Assembly (NCBI GenBank): GCA_964650285.1
Contig: CAZYSP010000003.1
Span: 6,364-70,363 of the forward strand
Direction: 5' to 3'
Length of the DNA: 64,000 nucleotides
Source of the DNA: an uncultured Methanosarcinales archaeon
GTDB taxonomy: Archaea; Nanobdellota; Nanobdellia; Woesearchaeales; GW2011-AR4
Shown here: positions 9,927-19,070 of the stretch, piece after piece
How the letters are laid out: every line of letters starts with the position of its first letter
How positions within the stretch are numbered: position 1 is the first letter of the stretch
Notes under the pieces: generated by a model
Databases searched by the model: none
Told to the model about the DNA's origin: nothing
Seen by the model: the letters and a program-made list of their open reading frames with translations, nothing else
Program-made: the position numbers and the translations under genes

Positions 9927-11336
9927 ATGACCACAACAGCTGACTTAAAGAAATTTGGTTTTGAGAAAGAAGAGATAGCAGAGCAGACAAGACAACAGTA
10001 TATTAAAACAGGCTTTCCAAAACCAGCAAGAAGATACAGATTACATTATGAGGGCTATAATATTTCTATTGAAGAACCGTATTTCTACATTCTGCATTAT
10101 TTAAGATATTTTTCTGGTTTTCCGCATATAGACAAGATATCAGATGTGTTTGCTGCTACTGAAAACAGCGCTTTTTTTGGAGCATCTCAGCAAAGACTAG
10201 GTTTGCAGCAAGACAAAGTAAGCCAGTTTTTAGCAACAATAGGGAAAATGGTTCGAGAGTTATTTCAGTTAGTAAGAGAATTAAGAATTCTGGATGAAAG
10301 GTTAAGCTATTATTATGACAGTTTTACCACAAGCAAAAGTTCTGAAAGTGCTGAAATTACATTAAAAGGCATATGGGTGGATTTAGTTGAGCAAGGAGCA
10401 AAAAATCCTGCATCTGTTTATGGTATGGCAAGAGAAGTGCAATTTACAACTTTGCCGGATTTGTTTTTCTCAACACACCCTAAAAAACAGGAGGATGTTG
10501 ATGAGGTTGTTGAAAGAGAAAGAGGAGCATTTAACCGCAAAGTAAGGGAAGTTCTTAAAAGAAAATTAAGGACATTCTTAGCTTGGAAAGAGCATACTTT
10601 TGAAGAGATGAAAAACAGGAGAAAATTCACATTAAAATTTTTAAGGCAGCATTATGAAGTCATAAGAATGTATATACACTGGGTAAGACCTTACTTAAGG
10701 AACATACAACGCTTGCAATTAGACCAGAGCAAGACAGAAACTCCGGATTTACTTGTTGCTTTTGAAAGCTCAATGATAGAAGTGGAACTACTAGCAAGAA
10801 TACCTGGAAAAGTAAGCCAGTGTTTGCTTATACATTATTTATTCAGAACAAGGCCTGAAATGTCTTATGTGCAGGAATATCAAAGAGGGCCATTACATCT
10901 TGGCAGGGTTGAAATAGATTTTAGGATGTATGCATGGACTGTTGAAGAAATTGAAAATTATAAAAGGATGAGGGAGCAAGAAGATTTCCAGCTTTTAGGA
11001 ATCATAGACACTTCTGTTAAAGCTGCAATGGAATCTTTAGGAGATGAATTAATGAGATACTTAAAAGAGGCTGGTGAAGAGTTTGGGCCAAAAACTGAGA
11101 AAAAAATTGAGAAAAAGCGTTCTTCATTTTTAAGTCCCTATACCTCAATTTTTAAGGGTTTTTCTGAACTTTTCAGTGCCCAAAAAACAAAAAAGCAGGC
11201 AAGGCAAAAAAAACCAAGCAAGACAGATGTTATGAAGTTGAGTTTGGCAAGAACAGAGGCTGAGAAAAAGGTAAAGGCAACTGCGTGGACAATTTATCAT
11301 CACTTCAAAAAACACCACCACATGCTAAACTGGTAA
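9927..11336 (+). CDS. hypothetical protein (469 aa), compositionally atypical
   Basis: Long ORF. GC and amino-acid usage (R/Q/E/F/Y-rich) differ from the K/I/N-rich neighbours. No recognised motif. Confidence 0.5.
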   Translation: MTTTADLKKFGFEKEEIAEQTRQQYIKTGFPKPARRYRLHYEGYNISIEEPYFYILHYLRYFSGFPHIDKISDVFAATENSAFFGASQQRLGLQQDKVSQFLATIGKMVRELFQLVRELRILDERLSYYYDSFTTSKSSESAEITLKGIWVDLVEQGAKNPASVYGMAREVQFTTLPDLFFSTHPKKQEDVDEVVERERGAFNRKVREVLKRKLRTFLAWKEHTFEEMKNRRKFTLKFLRQHYEVIRMYIHWVRPYLRNIQRLQLDQSKTETPDLLVAFESSMIEVELLARIPGKVSQCLLIHYLFRTRPEMSYVQEYQRGPLHLGRVEIDFRMYAWTVEEIENYKRMREQEDFQLLGIIDTSVKAAMESLGDELMRYLKEAGEEFGPKTEKKIEKKRSSFLSPYTSIFKGFSELFSAQKTKKQARQKKPSKTDVMKLSLARTEAEKKVKATAWTIYHHFKKHHHMLNW

Positions 11337-11640
11337 AAATACAATAATAAAGAAAACAATGGAGTAAGAAATACAAAAACAATTATTTGATTAATATTAA
11401 TTTACAATTAAAATAAAAAACTCAATAAAAAAATAATTCCAATAAACAAATAAAAAACAAAAACAATCAATAGCGACGCAATGCAAAACAACGACGCAAA
11501 AATGCTTGTTTTTTTATTAATAATAAATTTTTCAATGAATAATGATATCAAGTGTAAAATAAAAAATAACTGAACAAATAATTGTGAATCATAAGATAAA
11601 AAATTAATGGAAAAATAAAAAATGATACACTGCGATTAAA

Positions 11641-13821
11641 ATGGACTTTGGAGACCTTAATTATGGACATCATCCAATGGTTGATTATTTCAATGCCATG
11701 GAACCGGAATCTTATGGCATGCAAGTAGCTAATAAACCTGATGTAAATTTAAGCGTGCAAGACATTGGAATGAGCGTTCCTATGGGAATTTCTGCTGCAA
11801 ATGTTGCTGGAATATATTCAAAAATAAGAATGGGTGCAGGTAAATTAGAAATACAATTCCCAGGCTATAGGATAGGGAACAGAAACCAGCAGACACCTGA
11901 GATGTTAGGAGAGGACCAAAGACAGGCTTTAAGGGAAATGCAACTTGCTAATGAAGTAAGGTTTAACACACATGCCAGCTTTGGCCTTATGGGAATGATG
12001 GGCAGAGATGAGAGGGGAAATTTTTCAATTCACGGAGCATACCAGGACCTACTTGAATTGAAAAGATCAATTGATTTCCAGGCAGATATGGGTAGTGGTT
12101 CTGTTGTAATGCACTCTGGAGAATTTGAAAGACCAATGACAGATATGCACTTGGATGATGAAACACATCATTTAAACTTAGCCAGGGATGAGTCAGGAAG
12201 ATTAATGGTCAGAATGGGGCATACCCAGGAATTTGATGCAAAGTTTGACTTAATGGATGCAAGGACAAGCCAGAAAATGGAAACTGTGCAGAAAGATAGA
12301 TTAGTTTCATATCCTGATTGGTTAAAGTCAAAAGAAGATTACTCAGGAATTGATGTAGATGGAAAATCTACTACAATAAAAAAAGGTGATTTTATTGATT
12401 ATCAAGGCAGAAAAATATTGGACCCTTATGATGCTGTAAAAGGAAGAGTTCCAGAATATGATAAAGAAAGAGGAAGATTTTCTGTTAAACTAAAACATTT
12501 TGATTATTTTAAGAAAGAAGCAGAAAAATATAATGAATATCAAAGACAAAAACTAGGCAGAGAGCCAAATTATTATGAAAAAGTATATCCAGAAGAAATG
12601 TTCTTGCGAGCAACCTTAGAGACACAGGAAGGCCATGCAAGAGGTTGGGCACTGCAATATGGCCTAGAGACTCAAAAGCATATTGACCGGTTAAATAAAA
12701 TCGATAAAGCTACGGAATTCTACAAAAAATTAGATGCCTCAATACCGCCAGAAGAAAAATGGAAAATTATGAAAGAAGAGCGTGCTGAGTTCATTTATCC
12801 AGAGTTAATACCGTTAGACACAAAACATCCTTTAGAATTGCTACGGAAAATGAGAAGGACGGAAGAAAGAGGTCTTGAATTTGCAAGGCAATCTTCAGGA
12901 GCCCAAGAGCAGCAGGCAGTTGACACTAAGGAAACAAAAGAAAACCTAATAACACCAATAAAGAGGCTTGAGCAGCATGGTGTCAGGATGTATGCTGAAG
13001 CTGGACTACATGCTATGAATAAAACAAAGGATCCTAATAACCCGGTTGTCGTTGCTATTGAAAACCTGTTTCCGGAAAGGTTTGGAGGCCATTTAGAAGA
13101 ACTAAAATGGACTATCAAAAAATCCAGGGATAGAATGGTTAAGCTGCTTACAGAGCCTAAGATACAGCTAGGTGTTAGCAGAATGCCTACTGAGATGGAT
13201 GAAAAAAAGTTATCTGAAGCTACGATGCCTGGAAAAAAAGGAATGTTGCAGGAAAATCCTTTTTATATGGGGATAGGCAAAGAGGAAGCAGAAAAAATTG
13301 CTGAAAGGCACATTAAAGCTACCTTAGACACAGGACATTTGAATATGTGGAAGAAGTTCTGGCAGGACGACCCAAAACTTAACCGTGAGCAGAATGACGG
13401 AAAATTTAAACAATGGTACTTAAATCAGGTTGAGAGCCTGGCAAAAGAGAATATGGTTGGAAATGTGCATCTTGCTGATAATTTTGGATACCAGGACGAC
13501 CATCTAAGCCCTGGCCAGGGAAATGCGCCAATAAAAGAAGCTGTTGCAATACTAAAAAAACACGGCTATGACCGCGCATTAACTGTCGAGCCAGGTGCAG
13601 ATGCTGCAACTGATTTAAGCGATTTCCATGGATTAATGAAAACCTGGAAACTATTTGGCAGCCCTATGTATGGTGTGGGAATGGGAAGCCCGCAAGTACC
13701 TCAAAACTGGACAGATGTTCAATACTCATATTTCGGCCAGAACAGACCTCCTTATTTTGTATTCGGGCCTTATGCGCCAAGCAATGACTGGACATTATGG
13801 TCAGCAGTACCTATGGAGTAA
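11641..13821 (+). CDS. endonuclease IV (Nfo)/xylose-isomerase-like TIM-barrel protein with ~300 aa of insertions
   Basis: Nfo-like blocks: EVRFNTHASFG (~HAPYLINLG), VVMHSG (~NFHPGS), AIENLFPE (~VIENTAGQ), ATLDTGH (~CIDTCHAF), VHLADNFGYQDDHLSPGQGN (~[24 protein letters not shown]). GC is about 40-45%, above neighbours. Confidence 0.5.
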   Translation: MDFGDLNYGHHPMVDYFNAMEPESYGMQVANKPDVNLSVQDIGMSVPMGISAANVAGIYSKIRMGAGKLEIQFPGYRIGNRNQQTPEMLGEDQRQALREMQLANEVRFNTHASFGLMGMMGRDERGNFSIHGAYQDLLELKRSIDFQADMGSGSVVMHSGEFERPMTDMHLDDETHHLNLARDESGRLMVRMGHTQEFDAKFDLMDARTSQKMETVQKDRLVSYPDWLKSKEDYSGIDVDGKSTTIKKGDFIDYQGRKILDPYDAVKGRVPEYDKERGRFSVKLKHFDYFKKEAEKYNEYQRQKLGREPNYYEKVYPEEMFLRATLETQEGHARGWALQYGLETQKHIDRLNKIDKATEFYKKLDASIPPEEKWKIMKEERAEFIYPELIPLDTKHPLELLRKMRRTEERGLEFARQSSGAQEQQAVDTKETKENLITPIKRLEQHGVRMYAEAGLHAMNKTKDPNNPVVVAIENLFPERFGGHLEELKWTIKKSRDRMVKLLTEPKIQLGVSRMPTEMDEKKLSEATMPGKKGMLQENPFYMGIGKEEAEKIAERHIKATLDTGHLNMWKKFWQDDPKLNREQNDGKFKQWYLNQVESLAKENMVGNVHLADNFGYQDDHLSPGQGNAPIKEAVAILKKHGYDRALTVEPGADAATDLSDFHGLMKTWKLFGSPMYGVGMGSPQVPQNWTDVQYSYFGQNRPPYFVFGPYAPSNDWTLWSAVPME

Positions 13822-13935
13822 ATTCTTATAAAAATAAAATAATAATTAGTAATAAAAAATTTAAAAAATAGATAAAGTTTAAAAATAATCAGTATAATGA
13901 TTAGTATTAATTAGGGGTAAACATAAAAAAGAGGT

Positions 13936-15396
13936 GTGAATTTGGAAGCTGAAAAAAAACTTATAGATTCTTATGAGTTAAACGTAAATGATATAGTAAT
14001 TGATGTTTCTATTTATTCTGATGAAAATGAGCCTGTTCCTGTTTATAGCATCTCTATAACAAATATAAGCGAAACTACGAAGATAATTCTTGAGAAAATC
14101 AGGGAGGAGTTTGTATCCCAGGAAATGAAAACATTTGAACAAGGGTCGCTTGAATCATCAACTATACAAAAACAATTTAAAAAAGGTATATTGGTATTAT
14201 TGCGCAAGTACTTTCCAACTGCTAATAAAAAAACCATGGATATGCTTATAAATTATATTTTGCAACAGAACATAGGGCTCGGAAATATTGAAGTGCTGCT
14301 TAAAGATAAAAATCTCGAGGAGGTTGCAATCAATAATGCAAATGAGCCAATCTGGATCTACCATAGGAAATATGGCTGGCTTAAAACAAATATAATGATC
14401 CCTAATGAAAGCAGAATAAGATATTACTCAACAGTTATAGGGAGAGATGTAGGCAAAGAAATAACTACATTAAATCCTTTGATGGATGCTCATCTAAAGA
14501 CAGGCGACAGGGTAAATTCAACTTTAAGTCCGATATCCTCAAAAGGGAATACACTAACAATAAGAAAGTTTGCGGTAAAACCCTGGACAATAACAGACTT
14601 CATCAAGGAAAAAACCATCTCGTATGAAGCTGCTGCTCTTTTATGGATGGCTGTTCAAAATGAGCTTTCTGTAATCATAACAGGAGGAACAGCTTCTGGT
14701 AAAACTTCTATGCTAAATGTTGTTGCAAATTTCTTCCCTCCAAATCAAAGAATACTGTCTCTGGAGGATACTAGGGAGCTAATGCTTCCTAAGATTCTTC
14801 ATTGGGTTCCTCTTGAAACAAGATTACCAAATCCAGAAGGCAAAGGAGGAATAACAATGCTTGACTTAATAGTAAACTCATTGAGAATGAGACCTGACAG
14901 GATTTTGGTAGGGGAAATTAGAAGAAAAAGGGAAGCTGAAGTTATTTTTGAGGCAATGCATACGGGTCATAGTGTTTATGGAACTTTGCACGCAAATAAT
15001 GTAAGAGAAACCATAAACAGACTAACACAACCACCAATAGGATTGTCAAAGCAGATTCTTTCAGCTTTATCATTAATAGTGGTTCAGCACATAAATAGGA
15101 GAAATGGCAGAAGGAGGACATTGCAGATAGGGGAGGTAATGTACAATGGTGATGCAAAGCCAATTATGCAACTCAATATTATGAAGGATACGCTTGAAAA
15201 GGTTAACGATCCGACTACAATTTTTGAAACACTAAATCTTTATACAGGACTTTCAAAAGGAGACATTGAGAAGGATATTAACGAAAAAGTCGATATTTTA
15301 AAATGGATGGTAAAGAATAATATAACCGACATCAACAAGATAGGAATGATTATGTCTAAACATTACAGGAAAAAACCTTTTAAACATATGGTCTAA
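13936..15396 (+). CDS. archaeal type IV pilus/archaellum assembly ATPase (FlaI/PilB/TadA family)
   Basis: Walker A TGGTASGKTS. Collinear with secretion NTPases. GTG start preceded by AGAGGTG. Confidence 0.8.
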   Translation: MNLEAEKKLIDSYELNVNDIVIDVSIYSDENEPVPVYSISITNISETTKIILEKIREEFVSQEMKTFEQGSLESSTIQKQFKKGILVLLRKYFPTANKKTMDMLINYILQQNIGLGNIEVLLKDKNLEEVAINNANEPIWIYHRKYGWLKTNIMIPNESRIRYYSTVIGRDVGKEITTLNPLMDAHLKTGDRVNSTLSPISSKGNTLTIRKFAVKPWTITDFIKEKTISYEAAALLWMAVQNELSVIITGGTASGKTSMLNVVANFFPPNQRILSLEDTRELMLPKILHWVPLETRLPNPEGKGGITMLDLIVNSLRMRPDRILVGEIRRKREAEVIFEAMHTGHSVYGTLHANNVRETINRLTQPPIGLSKQILSALSLIVVQHINRRNGRRRTLQIGEVMYNGDAKPIMQLNIMKDTLEKVNDPTTIFETLNLYTGLSKGDIEKDINEKVDILKWMVKNNITDINKIGMIMSKHYRKKPFKHMV

Positions 15397-15398
15397 AG

Positions 15399-16223
15399 AT
15401 GAAAATAGCCATAAGCAAGCTGGTGCAGAGGATAAGTTCATTCTTTCCAAATCTTAAGAAGGAAATCAGGATTGCTCATATAAAAACAACCCCCCAGGAA
15501 TTTATTTATAAAAATTTGAAATTCTCTTTACCATTTTCATTAGGATTGACTATTCTTTTTTTTTTCGTAGCGGACAAAGCAGAACTTCCCTTGATTTTAA
15601 TTCCAGTTGCTTTTATTATCCTCTTTATCCTGGTATTTAATTTTGGGTTCTTAAAACTTAAAGCGAAAATAATCCGAAGACAAAAAGAAATTGATCGCGA
15701 GGTTTTATTTGTAGGGCAGTACCTGCTTATTAAGCTTTATTCTGGCAGACCATTGCTTAATGCTTTAATTGATACAACCAAAAGTTATGGAGTCGCAGCA
15801 AAATACATTGAAGAGATTGTCAATGATATTGATACTGGAAGTTCTTTGGAAAAGGCATTGGAAAATGCCATGACTTACTCCCCATCAGGAAAGTTCAGGA
15901 AAATATTATTTCATATAAATAATGCATTGAGACTTGGAATAGATGTTAGTAAGCCGTTAAGTGCTGTTTTGGATGAGATAACAAAGGAACAGGAGATTGA
16001 GGTCGAAAGGTATGGTAAAAAACTAAACACTATTGTCATTTTTTACATGCTTGCTGCTGTAGTTATACCATCAATTGGTATGACTCTGTTTATTGTTTTA
16101 TCAAGCTTCATCAACTTTACTGTAAGCATAAATTATTTTTTAGTTGTTATGCTGTTTATGATTATAATACAATTCTTGTTTATATCTGTATTTAAGACAA
16201 TAAGACCAACTGTAAACTTATGA
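15399..16223 (+). CDS. pilus assembly membrane platform protein, FlaJ/TadB-like half
   Basis: Type II secretion system F-like domain followed by transmembrane helices. Starts 3 bp after the ATPase stop. Confidence 0.6.
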   Translation: MKIAISKLVQRISSFFPNLKKEIRIAHIKTTPQEFIYKNLKFSLPFSLGLTILFFFVADKAELPLILIPVAFIILFILVFNFGFLKLKAKIIRRQKEIDREVLFVGQYLLIKLYSGRPLLNALIDTTKSYGVAAKYIEEIVNDIDTGSSLEKALENAMTYSPSGKFRKILFHINNALRLGIDVSKPLSAVLDEITKEQEIEVERYGKKLNTIVIFYMLAAVVIPSIGMTLFIVLSSFINFTVSINYFLVVMLFMIIIQFLFISVFKTIRPTVNL

Positions 16224-16251
16224 TGCATAGTAGCATGATTAATCAACAAAC

Positions 16252-17280
16252 ATGGCATTCAGAATTATATTTTTGGAGGAATTTGGCAAAGCATTTGTAC
16301 CTAAACGAGCAATTCCGCATTTGAGGCTGTTTTTGCTTAAAGCGGGCATTTCTTATGTCCCTTATAAATTCTTTGGTGTATTATTTTATCTTACAGCACT
16401 CATAACTGCAATTATTTACCTATTTTTTGTATATCCATTTCTTTTACAATACTCCCAATTAGTCTTGTTAGTTGCATCTGCAATATTCTGGTTTATAATC
16501 CAGATTTCATTAGCAACTTTTTTCATTTTGCTGGTTTATTTTTATGTAGATCTGCGTATATATCGAAGAACAAAGAAAATGGAAGAGGCGCTTCCGGATT
16601 TTTTACAGGTAGTTGCCTCTAACTTAAAAGGTGGCTTATCATTCGAGAAAGCTCTGCTAGGGGCCATTAAACCAAGATTTACAATCTTGGCCAATGAAAT
16701 GGCTGAGGTATCAAAAAAAGTAATGACTGGCCACGATGTTAGTATTGCATTATACGAATTAGGACAAAAATATGACAGTCCTATGTTAAAGAGGTCGATA
16801 GACTTAATGGTGGGTGAGCTTGAAAGCGGAGGGCAAATAGCCAATCTAATAGACAAAATAGTTCAGCGTATCAAAGAAACCAAAGTTTTGAAGGAGGAAA
16901 TATCTGCTTCGGCTGTAGCTTATATGATTTTTATGGCAGCAATAGTAATTTTTATTGCTCCTTTGCTGTTTGCCTTATCCTATAATCTTTTAATAGTTAT
17001 TCTTAGCTTTATATCCAAGCTGTCAGTTGCAACAGCTAGAGCAGGAACTTTGCCTTTTAGTGTTAGTGGAGTGGCTATAGAACCTGACAATTTTAAATAC
17101 TTTTCAATAGCAGCTTTAGCAGTAATTTCATTTTTTTCTTCCCTTATTGTCTCTATTGTAGAAAAAGGCAACATTAAAAGTGGTCTAAAGTACATTCCAA
17201 TCTTTTTGATTGGCTCTTTAGCTTTTTATTTTATATTTATGAAAGTTTTAAGTTTTGTATTCTCCGGACTTACATTTTAA
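16252..17280 (+). CDS. pilus assembly membrane platform protein, FlaJ/TadC-like half
   Basis: Second T2SS-F-like domain (VVASNLKGGLSFEKALLGA...) flanked by transmembrane segments. Together with the previous ORF it forms a split FlaJ. Confidence 0.6.
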   Translation: MAFRIIFLEEFGKAFVPKRAIPHLRLFLLKAGISYVPYKFFGVLFYLTALITAIIYLFFVYPFLLQYSQLVLLVASAIFWFIIQISLATFFILLVYFYVDLRIYRRTKKMEEALPDFLQVVASNLKGGLSFEKALLGAIKPRFTILANEMAEVSKKVMTGHDVSIALYELGQKYDSPMLKRSIDLMVGELESGGQIANLIDKIVQRIKETKVLKEEISASAVAYMIFMAAIVIFIAPLLFALSYNLLIVILSFISKLSVATARAGTLPFSVSGVAIEPDNFKYFSIAALAVISFFSSLIVSIVEKGNIKSGLKYIPIFLIGSLAFYFIFMKVLSFVFSGLTF

Positions 17281-17287
17281 AGAAATA

Positions 17288-17408
17288 TCCCCACCGCCGG
17301 ATTTGAACCAGCAACCTTTCGGTAACGGCTGAGTGTTTTTCATTCACAGCAAAATGCTTTGTCAAACACTTTCTACAGCCGAACGCTCTGCGGTTGAGCT
17401 AGATGGGG
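17288..17408 (-). tRNA. tRNA-Tyr(GUA) with 49-nt canonical (37/38) intron
   Basis: Minus strand: CCCCATC-TA-GCTC-AACCGCA-GAGC-G-TTCGG-CTGTAG[intron]A-CCGAA-AGGTT-GCTGG-TTCAAAT-CCGGC-GGTGGGG-A. C1:G72 is the archaeal/eukaryal Tyr identity pair. Confidence 0.65.
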
Positions 17409-17429
17409 GCATATAAAGAAATATATTAT

Positions 17430-17912
17430 TCATTTAAAAACCTTACTACAAATAAAGACCCAATCTTTTTTCCCATCAATTATTTTTCTAATATTAAAGT
17501 TTTCATTGATTTTTCTTTTAATTGAATCAAATAATACGCTCTTTTTCAAAATGCTAAATGCAAAATCTTTTTTTCCAACTCTTTTTATTTCTTTTATGCT
17601 TTTTTCTATATTATCGAAATTATGCATAGAGGTGACTGAAATGATTTTATCAAAAATGTTGTCCTTGAAAGGTATGTTTTCTGCTTTTGCTTGTATTTTT
17701 TGATTATTGCTATTTTGTTGTAAAAGTTCTATTGATGAGTCTATGCCAATAATATTACAATTAAAGTCTAAAAGGCCCGTACCGCATCCGACATCCAGCA
17801 GTAAATCAGTATTTTTTATATCAAGATTTTCTTTTATTAGTTTATGCTTTATTTTCTGTTCTCCTCCATAGAGTTCATTGTATCCTTTTGCTGTTAATTT
17901 GTAAAAATCCAT
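17430..17912 (-). CDS. small class I SAM-dependent methyltransferase
   Basis: Motif I LLDVGCGTGLL. 160 aa. Confidence 0.65.
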   Translation of the reverse strand: MDFYKLTAKGYNELYGGEQKIKHKLIKENLDIKNTDLLLDVGCGTGLLDFNCNIIGIDSSIELLQQNSNNQKIQAKAENIPFKDNIFDKIISVTSMHNFDNIEKSIKEIKRVGKKDFAFSILKKSVLFDSIKRKINENFNIRKIIDGKKDWVFICSKVFK

Positions 17913-18014
17913 GCATCATGGACAATTAGTACTATATATAATTTTTTTGTTATAGTGAGCAATATTTTCGAAAAGAATAAAAATAGTTGTTAAATTCCAA
18001 TGTTGTGAGAGAAA

Positions 18015-18608
18015 TTGAATAAATTAATGATTTTCGGTATTGTTTCAATCTTGATAATTTTGTATGGGTGTGCATCTAGTTCTAAAACTATAACTTTTGA
18101 GCAAGGTGTTAAAAGAATAAATGAGATAGATAAGGAATATGGGGTTGATATGAAAACATTGCCAAATTCAACAGAAAAAATAAGTGGATTACTGACACAA
18201 ATTACTGGCTTTGCTGCATTAAATAAAAATATGCCCAAATCCCTTGAATATCTTCTTGACTTCAGGATAAAAACCCTGGAAGCAGAGTTGCTGCATATAG
18301 AAGGATGGCAGTGGGGCAGAGGCAGCACAACTGACTGGGGCTTTGGCTGCAAAAAAGGATCTGTAAGGATATTGAATTCATCAAGTATAAGGGGTAGTTC
18401 AGCACAAAGGGGTTTTGAGGCTCTGGAAGCTTTACAACTATTTGTAGATGATTTTCCTACTGAAGCAAAAAGCTTGGATTTCTCACAAAAAGATATTTTG
18501 TTCCTTAATGCTGCTTACCAGCAGGTAGAAGATAAAGCAGCAAAAGATTCAAGAACTATCAGGAGTGTTTGCAAAAAGCAGATAAAAGAGCTTAATATAA
18601 AGGGGTAA
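18015..18608 (+). CDS. hypothetical secreted protein/lipoprotein
   Basis: N-terminal hydrophobic signal followed by Cys (ILYGCASSS). Confidence 0.45.
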   Translation: MNKLMIFGIVSILIILYGCASSSKTITFEQGVKRINEIDKEYGVDMKTLPNSTEKISGLLTQITGFAALNKNMPKSLEYLLDFRIKTLEAELLHIEGWQWGRGSTTDWGFGCKKGSVRILNSSSIRGSSAQRGFEALEALQLFVDDFPTEAKSLDFSQKDILFLNAAYQQVEDKAAKDSRTIRSVCKKQIKELNIKG

Positions 18609-18612
18609 TTGT

Positions 18613-19011
18613 ATGTCACTAAAAAAGCCTAACAGCATGGAAGAATGCTTGTACTTTACTAACAGGTCAATAGGAGATGGATTTGCAACTGCATGGGTCT
18701 ACAGAAAAGAATGCCCTAAATGCAAAAAAGGAAGATTAGGTAAGCCAATAAAGAAAAACGGAAAAGTTGACAAAAAAGCAGAATATTATGAATGTCCTCT
18801 TTGCAAGCACCAGGAAAGCAATGAAGAAATAGAAAAAGACTTAAAATTAGAAGTCCAGTATAAATGCCCTTATTGCAGAAATGAGTCAGAAACAACAACA
18901 GAATACAAAAGAAAAGTCTTTGAAGGAATTCCTTCCTATGTTTTTGAATGTGCAAAATGCAGTAAAAAAATAGGCATAACCAAAAAGATGAAGAAAAGTA
19001 AGAAGAAATGA
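18613..19011 (+). CDS. zinc-ribbon protein (4x CxxC) with a Lys-rich tail
   Basis: CPKCKKG, CPLCKHQ, CPYCRNE, CAKCSKK. Starts 5 bp after the upstream ORF. Confidence 0.5.
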   Translation: MSLKKPNSMEECLYFTNRSIGDGFATAWVYRKECPKCKKGRLGKPIKKNGKVDKKAEYYECPLCKHQESNEEIEKDLKLEVQYKCPYCRNESETTTEYKRKVFEGIPSYVFECAKCSKKIGITKKMKKSKKK

Positions 19012-19070
19012 GAAAATTTATGATTAATTAATAATAATCTTTTTAAAGCAAAACTTTATTCTCAGTATAG

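Noticed and set aside
16542-17195. Two minus-strand ORFs inside the second FlaJ-like gene
   Set aside because: They are antisense to a membrane-protein gene with a conserved T2SS-F domain.
6656-17408. Possible integrated element bounded by tRNA-Gly and tRNA-Tyr
   Set aside because: There is no integrase or recombinase gene, no duplicated tRNA 3'-end (att) repeat, and only two of the enclosed genes are compositionally atypical. It is treated as a neighbourhood, not a mobile element.
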